From assembly GCA_964389915.1 (NCBI GenBank), contig CAYMGG010000120.1:1-15692 (forward strand): DNA of 15,692 nt, in the 5' to 3' direction. The position numbers were made by a program, and so were the translations under genes. Below the pieces are notes generated by a model. It had not been told where the DNA came from. It made no database searches and saw nothing but the letters and a program-made list of their open reading frames with translations. Source of the stretch: an uncultured Planctomycetaceae bacterium. GTDB taxonomy: Bacteria; Planctomycetota; SZUA-567. The number at the start of each line of letters is the position of its first letter. The stretch's first letter is position 1. Positions 6,238 to 14,021 of the stretch are shown here, in pieces.

Positions 6238-6277
6238 ATGGATTTGAGTTATTGACCCTGGTCAAGCATTTGGCGGC

Positions 6278-8686
6278 TCAACAATATTCCAACTGGGCGG
6301 TGGCGGTGCAAGCCGCAGCGGCGCTCAGGCGCAGCCAGTGCGCGCTGTAGCCCTGCGGGAAGCGATATTCGAGCGTCTGCCCCGGCTGGACCGTGAACCG
6401 GTCGTAGATGACCCAGGCGTTGTAGCCGGTCGGGTCGACTTCGACGGTGAAGGTGACCGCCTTGCCGGCCGCGTGCGACAGCCGCAGGATTTTTTCGTCA
6501 TAACCAGTCATCAGATACGGATCAGAGACCTTGCCGGCCTGCACCGGGGTCTGTAACCAGGGGCCGCCGCGTCCTACCGGCTTGCCCAGCTTCCAGAGAT
6601 CGTCGACCGCCCCGAACCAGAGTCCGGCCGCGCTGTCTTGCGCGCGCACGAAGTGGCCGTCGGATGCGGCGCCGGGCCGAGCGCCGGCCAGCACCAGCAG
6701 GCCGCGCCAGGTGCAGTAGTCCAGAATCAGCCGGTTGTGAGTGCAGACCGGGCGCAGGTGCCGGGCGCCGAAGGAATTCTCGCGCGGAATCTCGTAAAAG
6801 CTGCCGTGCACGTTCCACAGACTCCGTTCGGTGATGACTTCGCGTTTGCCGCGCGGCCAGCCGACCGGCGATTCGCGGTCGAAGGCCGCGTCGCCCCGGG
6901 GCAGGCGCAGCCGCTGGCCGGCCTCTTCGATCCAGACCGAAGCCGAGTCCGCGCCGAAGTCCGGGCCTTTCACCTCGCCTTGCAGGGTTTCTTTGAAATG
7001 CCGGACCAGCGCGGCGTCGTTATTCTGTTGGAGGGTTAGGTCCGCATCGACCACATAGCTCTGTTCCTTCACCCCGCCCTGGCCGTCCGCCAGGCGGGCG
7101 AGATAGTGCAGCCGCGTCTCTTCCTGCGGATACTTGCCGCCCAGGGGGCGGATGATGCCGCCGACCAGCGCGCCGCTTGCGTCCGCCGCCGGCAGGGCCC
7201 GGAAAATTTCGGTTTGGCTGGCCTGGAGAGAGGGGCGGGCGGCCGGATTTTCGCTCAGGTGGAAATAGGCCGTCACGCCGCTGGCCGGCTGGAGCGCGAC
7301 CAGGCGGACCCATTCGGCGGCCAGCCCGGCGGGGAAGATCTGGTGCGCGTAGCCGCCGGCCGGCACGCTGAGCGTGGCCTGGCGCGTCCAGCGGCCGTCG
7401 CCTTGGATGTCCAATTCGAGGGCGAAGTCGGCGGACTGGTCGCCCTGCTGGTCCAGGTGCAGGGCGATCCGGTCGAAGCCGCCGACCAGGAATGGATCGG
7501 AAACCGCGCCGGCGGCCAGATCGTCCTTGAGCCAGGGGCCGCCCCAACCGGAACGCGGGCCGAAACCGTCCAGCGCGCCTTTTTCCAAAAACCATAGGTT
7601 GGATTGGCAGCGTCCCAGGAGCGGATTGTCGAAGTGCGACGAATGGTTGCAGGCCAGGACCGTCCGGCCCTGCCATTCGCAGAAGTCCACCACCATCTGG
7701 TGGTGCGAGGAGAGAGGGCGGATGCCTGCGGTGTTGGCGGCCGAGAAGGTGCCGGGGAAGCGGTAGAACATGCCGTGCAGGTCCAACAGCCGGAAGCCGT
7801 CGGCGATCTCGCGGATGCGCGGCCATTCGGTGTGCCAGCCGTGGGCCCCGTCGTAGGTGTAGTTGGCCTTGGGCAGGCGAAACCGGTGCCAGACGCCGCC
7901 GTCAAGTACTTTGAGCAGGCAGGAACGCCGGTCCCAGCCGATCGCCCAGAGCGGATCGGTCTGGTTATGATTGCCGCGGATCCCGCCCGGCCCGGTCACC
8001 TCGGTATGCTGGCGGCGCTCGACCAGCCGCCAGGTCCGGCCGTCCCATTCGGCCAGACAGCCGGCCCGGTCCGGGCCTTCCGGCTCGTCCGGCACCTGAT
8101 AGACCGAGTCGGGCAGATTGCCGACGTGCCACTCGCCGTTGTTGGAGAGGACGACCCGCCCCTGGCCCTGATACAGTCCCTTGCCGTGCCAACCCTGGAC
8201 CGGCTTTTCGAACAAGCGTTTGACCGCCAGAGTATTCACGTTCACCTCGTAGAACGCCCCTTCCATGTCGTAGACGTAGATCAGATTGGCCGGGTCGGTG
8301 AGGTGGCGGCAGACGCCGGTCAGCCGACCGGGCATGGCGGCCGGCGGAATGGTCCGGATCGTGCCCTTTTGGTCGATCAGGTACGGGCCGATGATCAGTT
8401 GGCCGGATTCCTCGTGGATCATCCGATTGGCCGGGGTGCCGCCCACGCTTTCGGGCCGGATCTCGGGGGCCAGGTCCGGATCGAGGGCATAGAGCTTATC
8501 CTCGCTGCCGCCGGGGGCGTGCGGGCAGTAGGTTAGATACCAGAGTTTCCCGGCCCAGGGCACGACGGCGCCGACGCCGCATTCGCCGCCTTCGCTCTGA
8601 TTGAAGACGGCCAGGTGCGGGTAGACGCCGCTCTGGCACTTCCACTGCACAGGGGCGGCGGGGCGGGGGGCGCTGAGCGTGGACAT
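6278..8686 (-). CDS. Large hypothetical cytoplasmic protein, 802 aa, with an internal tandem duplication of a Trp-rich module of about 175 to 215 aa. No recognisable family; possibly a carbohydrate-active enzyme.
   Basis: ATG at 8686 with the strong SD AAGGAGA 7 nt upstream; stop TGA at 6280..6278. The ORF is continuous at 2.4 kb. Two segments are clearly homologous. Segment 1 reads HGMFYRFP...IRPLSSHHQMVVDFCEWQGRTVLA...NLWFLEKGALDGFGPRSGWGGPWLKDDLAAGAVSDPFLVGGFDRIALHL...PAGLAAEWVRLVA. Segment 2 reads HGSFYEIP...LRPVCTHNRLILDYCTWRGLLVLA...GLWFGAVDDLWKLGKPVGRGGPWLQTPVQAGKVSDPYLMTGYDEKILRL...PQGYSAHWLRLSA. The stretch before each segment is also similar (LP...D...GW...HG.FY..P). No signal peptide or TM helix. 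The alternative-frame ORFs 7020..7826, 7273..7905 and 7604..8536 are GC-frame artefacts. Confidence 0.85.
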   Translation of the reverse strand: MSTLSAPRPAAPVQWKCQSGVYPHLAVFNQSEGGECGVGAVVPWAGKLWYLTYCPHAPGGSEDKLYALDPDLAPEIRPESVGGTPANRMIHEESGQLIIGPYLIDQKGTIRTIPPAAMPGRLTGVCRHLTDPANLIYVYDMEGAFYEVNVNTLAVKRLFEKPVQGWHGKGLYQGQGRVVLSNNGEWHVGNLPDSVYQVPDEPEGPDRAGCLAEWDGRTWRLVERRQHTEVTGPGGIRGNHNQTDPLWAIGWDRRSCLLKVLDGGVWHRFRLPKANYTYDGAHGWHTEWPRIREIADGFRLLDLHGMFYRFPGTFSAANTAGIRPLSSHHQMVVDFCEWQGRTVLACNHSSHFDNPLLGRCQSNLWFLEKGALDGFGPRSGWGGPWLKDDLAAGAVSDPFLVGGFDRIALHLDQQGDQSADFALELDIQGDGRWTRQATLSVPAGGYAHQIFPAGLAAEWVRLVALQPASGVTAYFHLSENPAARPSLQASQTEIFRALPAADASGALVGGIIRPLGGKYPQEETRLHYLARLADGQGGVKEQSYVVDADLTLQQNNDAALVRHFKETLQGEVKGPDFGADSASVWIEEAGQRLRLPRGDAAFDRESPVGWPRGKREVITERSLWNVHGSFYEIPRENSFGARHLRPVCTHNRLILDYCTWRGLLVLAGARPGAASDGHFVRAQDSAAGLWFGAVDDLWKLGKPVGRGGPWLQTPVQAGKVSDPYLMTGYDEKILRLSHAAGKAVTFTVEVDPTGYNAWVIYDRFTVQPGQTLEYRFPQGYSAHWLRLSAAAACTATAQLEYC

Positions 8687-8743
8687 TCGCTTCTCCTTGG
8701 TTTGGCTGGCTCTTGATATTTCAACGAAAACTTAGTAGTTTTA

Positions 8744-8814
8744 ATTCATGAATACCCCATAAAAAAGCGAATAGCCTTGAGTCAAATCTTTAAAAATCTA
8801 CGAAAAAGGCGAAT
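8744..8814. promoter_or_regulatory. Divergent control region between the 802-aa gene and the AraC/PocR regulator. It holds a perfect 10-bp palindrome ATTCATGAAT and two A5-GCGAAT direct repeats about 42 bp apart. These are candidate regulator binding sites.
   Basis: The 131-bp AT-rich gap spans 8687..8817. Palindrome attcatgaat lies at 8744..8753. The direct repeats are AAAAAAGCGAAT (8761..8772) and AAAAAGGCGAAT (8803..8814), four helical turns apart, which is the direct-repeat spacing typical for AraC-type dimers. I did not identify clear -35/-10 hexamers. Confidence 0.3.
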
Positions 8815-8817
8815 TGC

Positions 8818-9672
8818 ATGACCCTGGACGAGGTGCTGCTGCAAGCCGAACGGGAAACCGGCGCGATCATCAATATCGACGCCCGCCACCCCGGCTTCTA
8901 TGCCGCCGACAGCCTGCGGCTGACTCCCGAGCAGCACATCCACCGCGGGGGATTCTGCGCCTTCGCCAAGCGGCACGGGGGGACGATCTGCTTTCAGAAC
9001 AAGAACCGTACGCGGGCGGTCGCCCAACGCGGCCGGCCGGTTTGGGGCAACTGCCCGTTCGGGGTGCGGGAGTTGGTCTGGCCGGTCCAGGTGCGGGGGG
9101 AGTTCGCGGCCACGATTTACCTGGGGCACTTCGCTTCGCCGGTTTGGAGTCGGACCGTTAACGGGCAGGTCTACGCCGGGCCGGGCCTATCGACCCCGGC
9201 GCCGGCGGCGGTGGCGCGCTTGCGAGAAAGCGCTCGCTTCATCGCCGAATTCATTCGGGTGGCGCTGGAGCTCTGGATCGGGCAGGGCACGCAGCTAGGC
9301 AAGCACAAACCAGCCGAATTCTACCGCCAGTTCTGCCGGCAATACATCGAGCGCAACTATCAGGAGAACCTTATGGTGACCGACTTGGCCGCGGCGCTGA
9401 GCGTGACGCCCAACTTTCTCTCCTATCGCCTGCGGCAGGCCTGCGGTCGGACTTTCTCCCAACTGTTGACCGAGCAGCGGCTGAAAGTGGCGGCTGCGCA
9501 TCTGGAGTTCCATGCCGAATTGAGCGTGACCGCGGTCGCCTTCATGTGCGGTTTTCGCGACAGCAATTACTTCAGCACGGTCTTTCGCCGGGCCTACGGC
9601 CAGTCCCCCCGCGAATTCCGCCAGGCCGCTTGGCAGCGCAAGCTCGCCGCGGCGCGCCGGGTTAAATCATGA
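8818..9672 (+). CDS. AraC/XylS-family transcriptional regulator with an N-terminal PocR-like sensory domain, 284 aa.
   Basis: ATG at 8818; stop TGA at 9670..9672. The C-terminus has the dual HTH AraC signature (LSVTPNFLSYRLRQACGRTFSQLLTEQRLKVAAAHL ... VTAVAFMCGFRDSNYFSTVFRRAYGQSPREFRQ). The N-terminal 150 aa (FCAFAKRHGGTICFQNKNRTRAVAQRGRPVWGNCPFGVRELVWPVQVRGEFAATIYLGHF) parallels the Cys/His-bearing core of the PocR domain of the Salmonella propanediol regulator (FCQLMRQHP...CIYRCHAGLTDFSIPL...GHLVGFVLCGQV). Confidence 0.88.
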   Translation: MTLDEVLLQAERETGAIINIDARHPGFYAADSLRLTPEQHIHRGGFCAFAKRHGGTICFQNKNRTRAVAQRGRPVWGNCPFGVRELVWPVQVRGEFAATIYLGHFASPVWSRTVNGQVYAGPGLSTPAPAAVARLRESARFIAEFIRVALELWIGQGTQLGKHKPAEFYRQFCRQYIERNYQENLMVTDLAAALSVTPNFLSYRLRQACGRTFSQLLTEQRLKVAAAHLEFHAELSVTAVAFMCGFRDSNYFSTVFRRAYGQSPREFRQAAWQRKLAAARRVKS

Positions 9673-9722
9673 GGTGAGGTGAGTTGACGGCGACGGGTTT
9701 GCGAGGTAGTAAAATCGGGCGG

Positions 9723-11135
9723 CTAGTAGCCCAATTGGCCTTTGGTCAGCTCCACCACCGGCTGGTATTTCTGATAGTAGTAGCGGTACTGATGATAGGT
9801 CAGGCCAAGCAGGCGGGCGGCCTGGGCCTGATTGCCGCCGGCGTTTTCCAGCGCGGACAAGATCAGCCTTTGGCTGAAATTATCCACCTTTTCTTGGAAA
9901 TTCCGGCCCGGCACTTGCCCCGCGTCCCCCGGTTCGGCCAGCAGGCCGATGTCCTCGGGCGTGATCTCGTTGGTCACGTCCCGGTACGCGGCGCGTTCGA
10001 TGATGTTTTTCAGCTCCCGGATGTTGCCGGGAAAGCTGTAGCGCCGTAGCGCCGAGATGGCCGATGGCGCGAGTCGCTTGCCCGCGAGCACGGGGATCTC
10101 GCGCATGAAGCCCTCCAGGAAGTGCCGGGCCAGCAGTTCGACGTCGCCTTCCCGTTCCCGCAGCGGCGGCACTCGGATGATTTCAAAGCTGATCCGGTCG
10201 TACAGGTCGCGCATGAACACGCCGCTTTCCATCTTTTGTTCCAGCGGGGCATTGGTCGCGGTGATGAGGCGGGCGTCGGTGGTGAGTTCGCTGCGGCCGC
10301 CGACCCGGTTGAAGGTGCCGTATTCGACCACGCGCAGGATTTTCTGCTGAAAAGGCAGCGACATGTTGCCGATTTCGTCGAGAAAGAGCGTCCCGCCGGC
10401 CGCTTGCTCGAACTTGCCGTGCACCAGGCTGTCGGCTCCGGTGAAAGCGCCTTTTTCGTGGCCGAAGAGCTCGCTCTCCAGCAGGGCGTCGGTGAAGGCG
10501 GCGCAGTTCACCGCCACGAACGGCCGGTTCTGGCCGCCCGCCGCCTCGTGGATGGCCCGGGCGACCAGTTCCTTGCCCGTGCCGCGTTCACCGGTGATCA
10601 GGACCGGCCGGGGGATCCGGGCCACGCGCTCGATCCGCCGGATCACCTCCTGGATCTGGGGGGATTCGCCCACGATCCGGTAGCGGGAGCGGTGGGCTTC
10701 GCGCAGCAGCATGTTCTGCTCGCCCAGGACCCGGTTCTGCTCCATGACCTCCAGTAGCTTGCGCACCTTGTCCAGCAGCGTATGGATACGCTGCTTGAGA
10801 CGCCCGCCCCGGACCAGAAAATCGTTGGCCCCGGCGGAAATGGCCTTGCCCGCCAAGGCCACATCCCCGCGCTCGGCCACGGCCACCACCGGCACGGTCG
10901 GATCCAGCCGGCGGATTTCCTGTAGCACTTCCGCGCCGGAACGTTCCCCATCGCCCAACACATAATCCAGCACGATCAGTTCGCACGCCGAGCCGGAATC
11001 GAGGATCGAAATCAGCTCCCGGCCGGAGCTCACGGTCTCCACCCTGGCCGCCTCGCCGGCAGCCTGGCGGAAGGCCTGCGTCAGGGGGCGCAGTTCACGC
11101 CCGGGCGTGTCGAGCAGCAGGATGCGTTTGGTCAT
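9723..11135 (-). CDS. Sigma54-dependent transcriptional activator of NtrC/Fis-family response-regulator type (REC, AAA+, HTH), about 470 aa.
   Basis: ATG at 11135 (MTKRILLLD...); stop TAG at 9725..9723. The receiver domain has a phospho-acceptor Asp in LIVLDYVLGDG and a conserved Lys in AGKAISAGANDFL. The AAA+ core carries Walker A GERGTGKE and the sigma54-contact motif GAFTGA (in GHEKGAFTGADS). The C-terminal Fis-type HTH reads QAQAARLLGLTYHQYRYYYQKY. The ORF-track start at 11219 adds 28 non-domain residues. I prefer 11135, though GGAG lies 13 nt upstream, which is slightly far. The first acidic-pocket position is atypical: LLLDTPG instead of the usual DD pair. Confidence 0.9.
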   Translation of the reverse strand: MTKRILLLDTPGRELRPLTQAFRQAAGEAARVETVSSGRELISILDSGSACELIVLDYVLGDGERSGAEVLQEIRRLDPTVPVVAVAERGDVALAGKAISAGANDFLVRGGRLKQRIHTLLDKVRKLLEVMEQNRVLGEQNMLLREAHRSRYRIVGESPQIQEVIRRIERVARIPRPVLITGERGTGKELVARAIHEAAGGQNRPFVAVNCAAFTDALLESELFGHEKGAFTGADSLVHGKFEQAAGGTLFLDEIGNMSLPFQQKILRVVEYGTFNRVGGRSELTTDARLITATNAPLEQKMESGVFMRDLYDRISFEIIRVPPLREREGDVELLARHFLEGFMREIPVLAGKRLAPSAISALRRYSFPGNIRELKNIIERAAYRDVTNEITPEDIGLLAEPGDAGQVPGRNFQEKVDNFSQRLILSALENAGGNQAQAARLLGLTYHQYRYYYQKYQPVVELTKGQLGY

Positions 11136-11373
11136 TTGGTTTTTGGCTCCGGCTACGGGCTTTAGTTGGCATTCTAGATCCCGCCGGGCCGGGCGCAAGG
11201 GAGATATGATGATTTTCACTATATGTGGTGGAAAGTCTCATATTGCGGTTTGGGGGTGGTAATGCCTATCTCCTTTGCTGCCTGAGTGATGTGGTAATTC
11301 GTGCTCTGGAATGCGCTTTGTTTATTAGCTCTCGGTGGCCGCCAAAGGGGTGGCCGACAATGAGGAGCAGTCC

Positions 11374-11613
11374 ATGGGCCGAGGCCGCACATTCGGGATC
11401 GATCGCTCCGATTGGCCGGCCGGTCTGGATTGGAGCTGGGCGTCGTTGTGCGGCTTACCGGTGATTGTTGGGCTGTGCGCCGGCGGGTTGGCCATGGCCG
11501 GCGCCTGGGTGCTGGGGGAGCAGTTCCGCTGGATCAGCGACTCGTATCTCTTCATGGCGGTTCCTCCGGCGTTGCTTTCAAGTCTGATGTTGATCGGCAG
11601 GGAGTCCCTCTGA
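11374..11613 (+). CDS. Small single-pass membrane protein, 79 aa, translationally coupled to the downstream flotillin gene. It may be an NfeD-like partner that lacks the OB-fold.
   Basis: ATG at 11374 is preceded by the perfect SD GAGGAG (11363..11368) at 5-nt spacing. The stop TGA at 11611..11613 is 15 bp before the flotillin ATG. One clear TM segment is present (LCGLPVIVGLCAGGLAMAGAWVLG). The ORF track starts it at GTG 11335, but I prefer the ATG with the SD. No family assignment is possible. Confidence 0.5.
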   Translation: MGRGRTFGIDRSDWPAGLDWSWASLCGLPVIVGLCAGGLAMAGAWVLGEQFRWISDSYLFMAVPPALLSSLMLIGRESL

Positions 11614-11628
11614 CGAAAGGAGAGGCAG

Positions 11629-13719
11629 ATGGTAATCATGTTGTGGGTGTTGAAGCTCGGACTCGGGGTGGTGGCGGGATTGTTGTTCGCGGCGTGGTTG
11701 GTCGGATTGCGCTACATTCCGCACAACAAGGTGGGCATCGTGGAAAAATGGTGGGCCAGCCAGGGCAGCCTCACTGAGGGGCGGATCATCGCTCTTCAGG
11801 GCGAGGCCGGCTTCCAGGCCGAGATCCTCCGCGGCGGTCTGCACTGGTTCTACTTCCCCTGGCAGTACCGGGTCCACAAGGAGCCGCTGGTCATGATCGC
11901 CGAGAGCAAGATCGGCTATGTCTACTCCCGGGACGGCGCGGCCTTGAAGCCGATGCAGACGCTGGGGCGCGTGACGGAGTGCAACAACTATCAGAACGCC
12001 CGCGCCTTTCTCACCGGCGGCGGGCAGCGCGGCCGGCAGCGCGACATCCTGCGAGAGGGCGTCTATGCGATCAACCTGGCGCAGTTCGTGGTGATCACCG
12101 AGACCTCCGTCTTCTGCGGCCCCATCCCGGAGCGCGATGCCCGGAAGTATCACGACTGGCAGGCGCAGCTGGCCTCGATCCGCGGCTTCGATCCGGTGGT
12201 CGTCGGCGGAGGCGCCGACCGGCCGGAGGATTCCGCCGAGATCGAAGCCGGCGAGCAGATGCACCTGATGGACCAGGACACGATCGGCATCGTCACCGTC
12301 CACGACGGTTCGCCTCTGGACTCCGGCGAGATTATCGCCCCGGAAGTGAAGGCTACGGCGGGCCAATCGGGCCACAACTATTTTCAGGACCCCGAGGCCT
12401 TCCTGGCTTTGGGCGGTCGGCGCGGCAAGCAGCTGCAGGTCCTGACCGACGGCACGTTCTTCGTCAACCGCTGGTTCGCCACGATCGAATTCCGGCAGAA
12501 GACGCTGATCCCCATCGGCTACGTGGGAGTGGTGGTCTCCTACTACGGCGTGAAGGGCGAGGATGTGACCGGCGATCACTTCCGCTACGGCGAACAGGTG
12601 GAGGCGGGGCATCAGGGCGTGTGGAAGCGGGCCATTCCTCCGGGCAAATACGCCCTCAACCCCTATGCGCTGACGGTCGAGATGGTGCCGACGGTCAACT
12701 TCGTCCTGCGTTGGATCACCGGCAGCGTCGAGGAGCACGAGTACGACAAGGAGCTCAAGAGCATCGAGATCATCACCGCCGACGGCTACGAACCGCTGTT
12801 GCCGCTCTCGCTGGTGGTGCACATCGACTATGAGAAGGCGCCCCGGGTGGTGCAGCGGTTCGGCGACGTCAAGCGCTTGATCAGCCAGACCCTGGACCCG
12901 ATCCTCTCGGCCTACTTCCGCGACGTGGCCCAGAGCACCCAGATGCTCGACCTGCTGACCCGACGCGAGGAGATTCAGCGCCAGGCCACCGAAGAGCTGG
13001 GCCGCCGGTTCCAGGATTACGACATCAACTGCATCGCCGTGCTGATCGGCCGGCCGGAGTCGCAGGGCAGCCAGTACGAGGCGGGCGACGATCCGATCGA
13101 AAAGCTTTTCGATCAGCTGCGCATGCGGCGGTTGGCCGAAGAGCAGATCGTGACCTATGCGAAGAAGGAGCAGGCCGCGATGAAGCTCAAGGAATTGAAC
13201 AACGCCGAGGCGATCGCCGAGAAGCAGCGCGAGCTCTCGCAGACCAAGATCGACATCGAGATCTCGGGCAACCGCGGCGAGGCCCAGCTGGCCGAATCCA
13301 AGCGCCTGGCCGAACGGGACGTGGTGCGCGCGGAGGGCGAATCGCGCTCCAAGGAGATCATGGGGCGCGGCGAAGGCCGGGCCAAGGAGCTCCTGGGCAA
13401 GGGCGAAGCCTCGCGGATTTCCGAGACCGGCCTGGCGGAAGCGGCGGTCTTTATGAAGAAGATCCAGGCCTACGGCGACCCGCGCCTGTTCGCCCTGAAC
13501 CTGGTCAGCGAAAAGATCGCCGGCAGTCAGCAGCCGTTGGTGCCGGAACGCCTGTTCCTGATGGGCCCGGCCAAGGGGGATGGCGCGCCGAATGATTCCG
13601 GGACCACCGGCCTCTTCGGCCAGCTTCTGGCGCTGCTGGTGGCCGAAAAAACGGGGTTGGGCTTCAACGCGACTCCCGGGCCAAACACCGAGCCGACCGC
13701 CAGCGGCGAGGCCGCCTAA
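11629..13719 (+). CDS. SPFH/band-7 family flotillin-like membrane protein (YqiK/FloT-like), 696 aa.
   Basis: ATG at 11629 with the SD AAAGGAGAGG; stop TAA at 13717..13719. It has an N-terminal TM anchor (MVIMLWVLKLGLGVVAGLLFAAWLVGL) and an SPFH-like region. A long charged coiled-coil with Glu/Ala-rich repeats follows (AEAIAEKQRELSQTKIDIEISGNRGEAQLAESKRLAERDVVRAEGESRSKEIMGRGEGRAKELLGKGEA), which is characteristic of flotillins. The antisense ORF 11578..12822 and the alternate-frame ORF 11979..12833 (Arg-rich) are artefacts. Confidence 0.88.
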   Translation: MVIMLWVLKLGLGVVAGLLFAAWLVGLRYIPHNKVGIVEKWWASQGSLTEGRIIALQGEAGFQAEILRGGLHWFYFPWQYRVHKEPLVMIAESKIGYVYSRDGAALKPMQTLGRVTECNNYQNARAFLTGGGQRGRQRDILREGVYAINLAQFVVITETSVFCGPIPERDARKYHDWQAQLASIRGFDPVVVGGGADRPEDSAEIEAGEQMHLMDQDTIGIVTVHDGSPLDSGEIIAPEVKATAGQSGHNYFQDPEAFLALGGRRGKQLQVLTDGTFFVNRWFATIEFRQKTLIPIGYVGVVVSYYGVKGEDVTGDHFRYGEQVEAGHQGVWKRAIPPGKYALNPYALTVEMVPTVNFVLRWITGSVEEHEYDKELKSIEIITADGYEPLLPLSLVVHIDYEKAPRVVQRFGDVKRLISQTLDPILSAYFRDVAQSTQMLDLLTRREEIQRQATEELGRRFQDYDINCIAVLIGRPESQGSQYEAGDDPIEKLFDQLRMRRLAEEQIVTYAKKEQAAMKLKELNNAEAIAEKQRELSQTKIDIEISGNRGEAQLAESKRLAERDVVRAEGESRSKEIMGRGEGRAKELLGKGEASRISETGLAEAAVFMKKIQAYGDPRLFALNLVSEKIAGSQQPLVPERLFLMGPAKGDGAPNDSGTTGLFGQLLALLVAEKTGLGFNATPGPNTEPTASGEAA

Positions 13720-13741
13720 GCGGACCTCCGCCAGAAAGAGT

Positions 13742-13776
13742 GCGCCCCGGGGAAATTCCCCGGGGCGCTTTTATTT
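13742..13776 (+). terminator. Canonical rho-independent terminator of the flotillin operon.
   Basis: GCGCCCCGGGG-aaatt-CCCCGGGGCGC is a perfect 11-bp stem (13742..13752 and 13758..13768), followed by TTTTATTT (13769..13776). It lies 22 bp after the stop codon. Confidence 0.85.
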
Positions 13777-14021
13777 GGCCGCCAATTTTCGCAACGCATG
13801 TAATAATTAAGAAAACTGTGGCCGTGAAACTTAGCGGTGCGCAGGAGGGCGGCGAGGCTTCCGGGTCAATGATGGGAGCGGGCGCTGGAGTTCTTCGGAA
13901 GCCGAGAAATCGAATGTCGGCAATAACCAGGGCTGTGGTCAATCCGACACGTTCGGGTATAGAACAATAAATACGAAATAAGATAAATGTTTATAAAAAC
14001 AGCCTGCTGCAATGCCGGGGA

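Noticed and set aside
6338-8536. Many ORFs overlapping the 802-aa gene: 7020..7826(-), 7273..7905(-), 7106..7597(+), 7604..8536(+) and others.
   Set aside because: They are alternative frames of a single uninterrupted 2.4-kb ORF that has a strong SD and internally consistent duplicated motifs. The products are Arg/Pro/Gly-rich.
10122-10986. Plus-strand ORFs 10122..10757 and 10363..10683, and minus-strand off-frame ORFs 10588..10986 and 10643..10963.
   Set aside because: They lie inside the sigma54-activator gene, whose frame carries Walker A, GAFTGA and HTH motifs.
11136-11373. Possible sigma54 (-24/-12) promoter upstream of the flotillin operon.
   Set aside because: A by-eye scan found only poor matches (TGGCAT-N5-ATCC and TGGAAT-N4-TTTGT). 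I am not calling a promoter feature; a PWM scan is needed.
11578-12833. 414-aa minus-strand ORF and 284-aa plus-strand ORF (11979..12833).
   Set aside because: They are antisense or off-frame to the flotillin gene. One reads as poly-Arg/Gly (RRRRRRPAGG...), which is a classic GC-frame artefact.
13664-13970. ORFs 13740..13970(+) and 13664..13942(-) in the convergent intergenic region.
   Set aside because: Both begin or run through the terminator stem. They have no RBS and no motifs, so I treat the region as non-coding with possible RNA structure instead.
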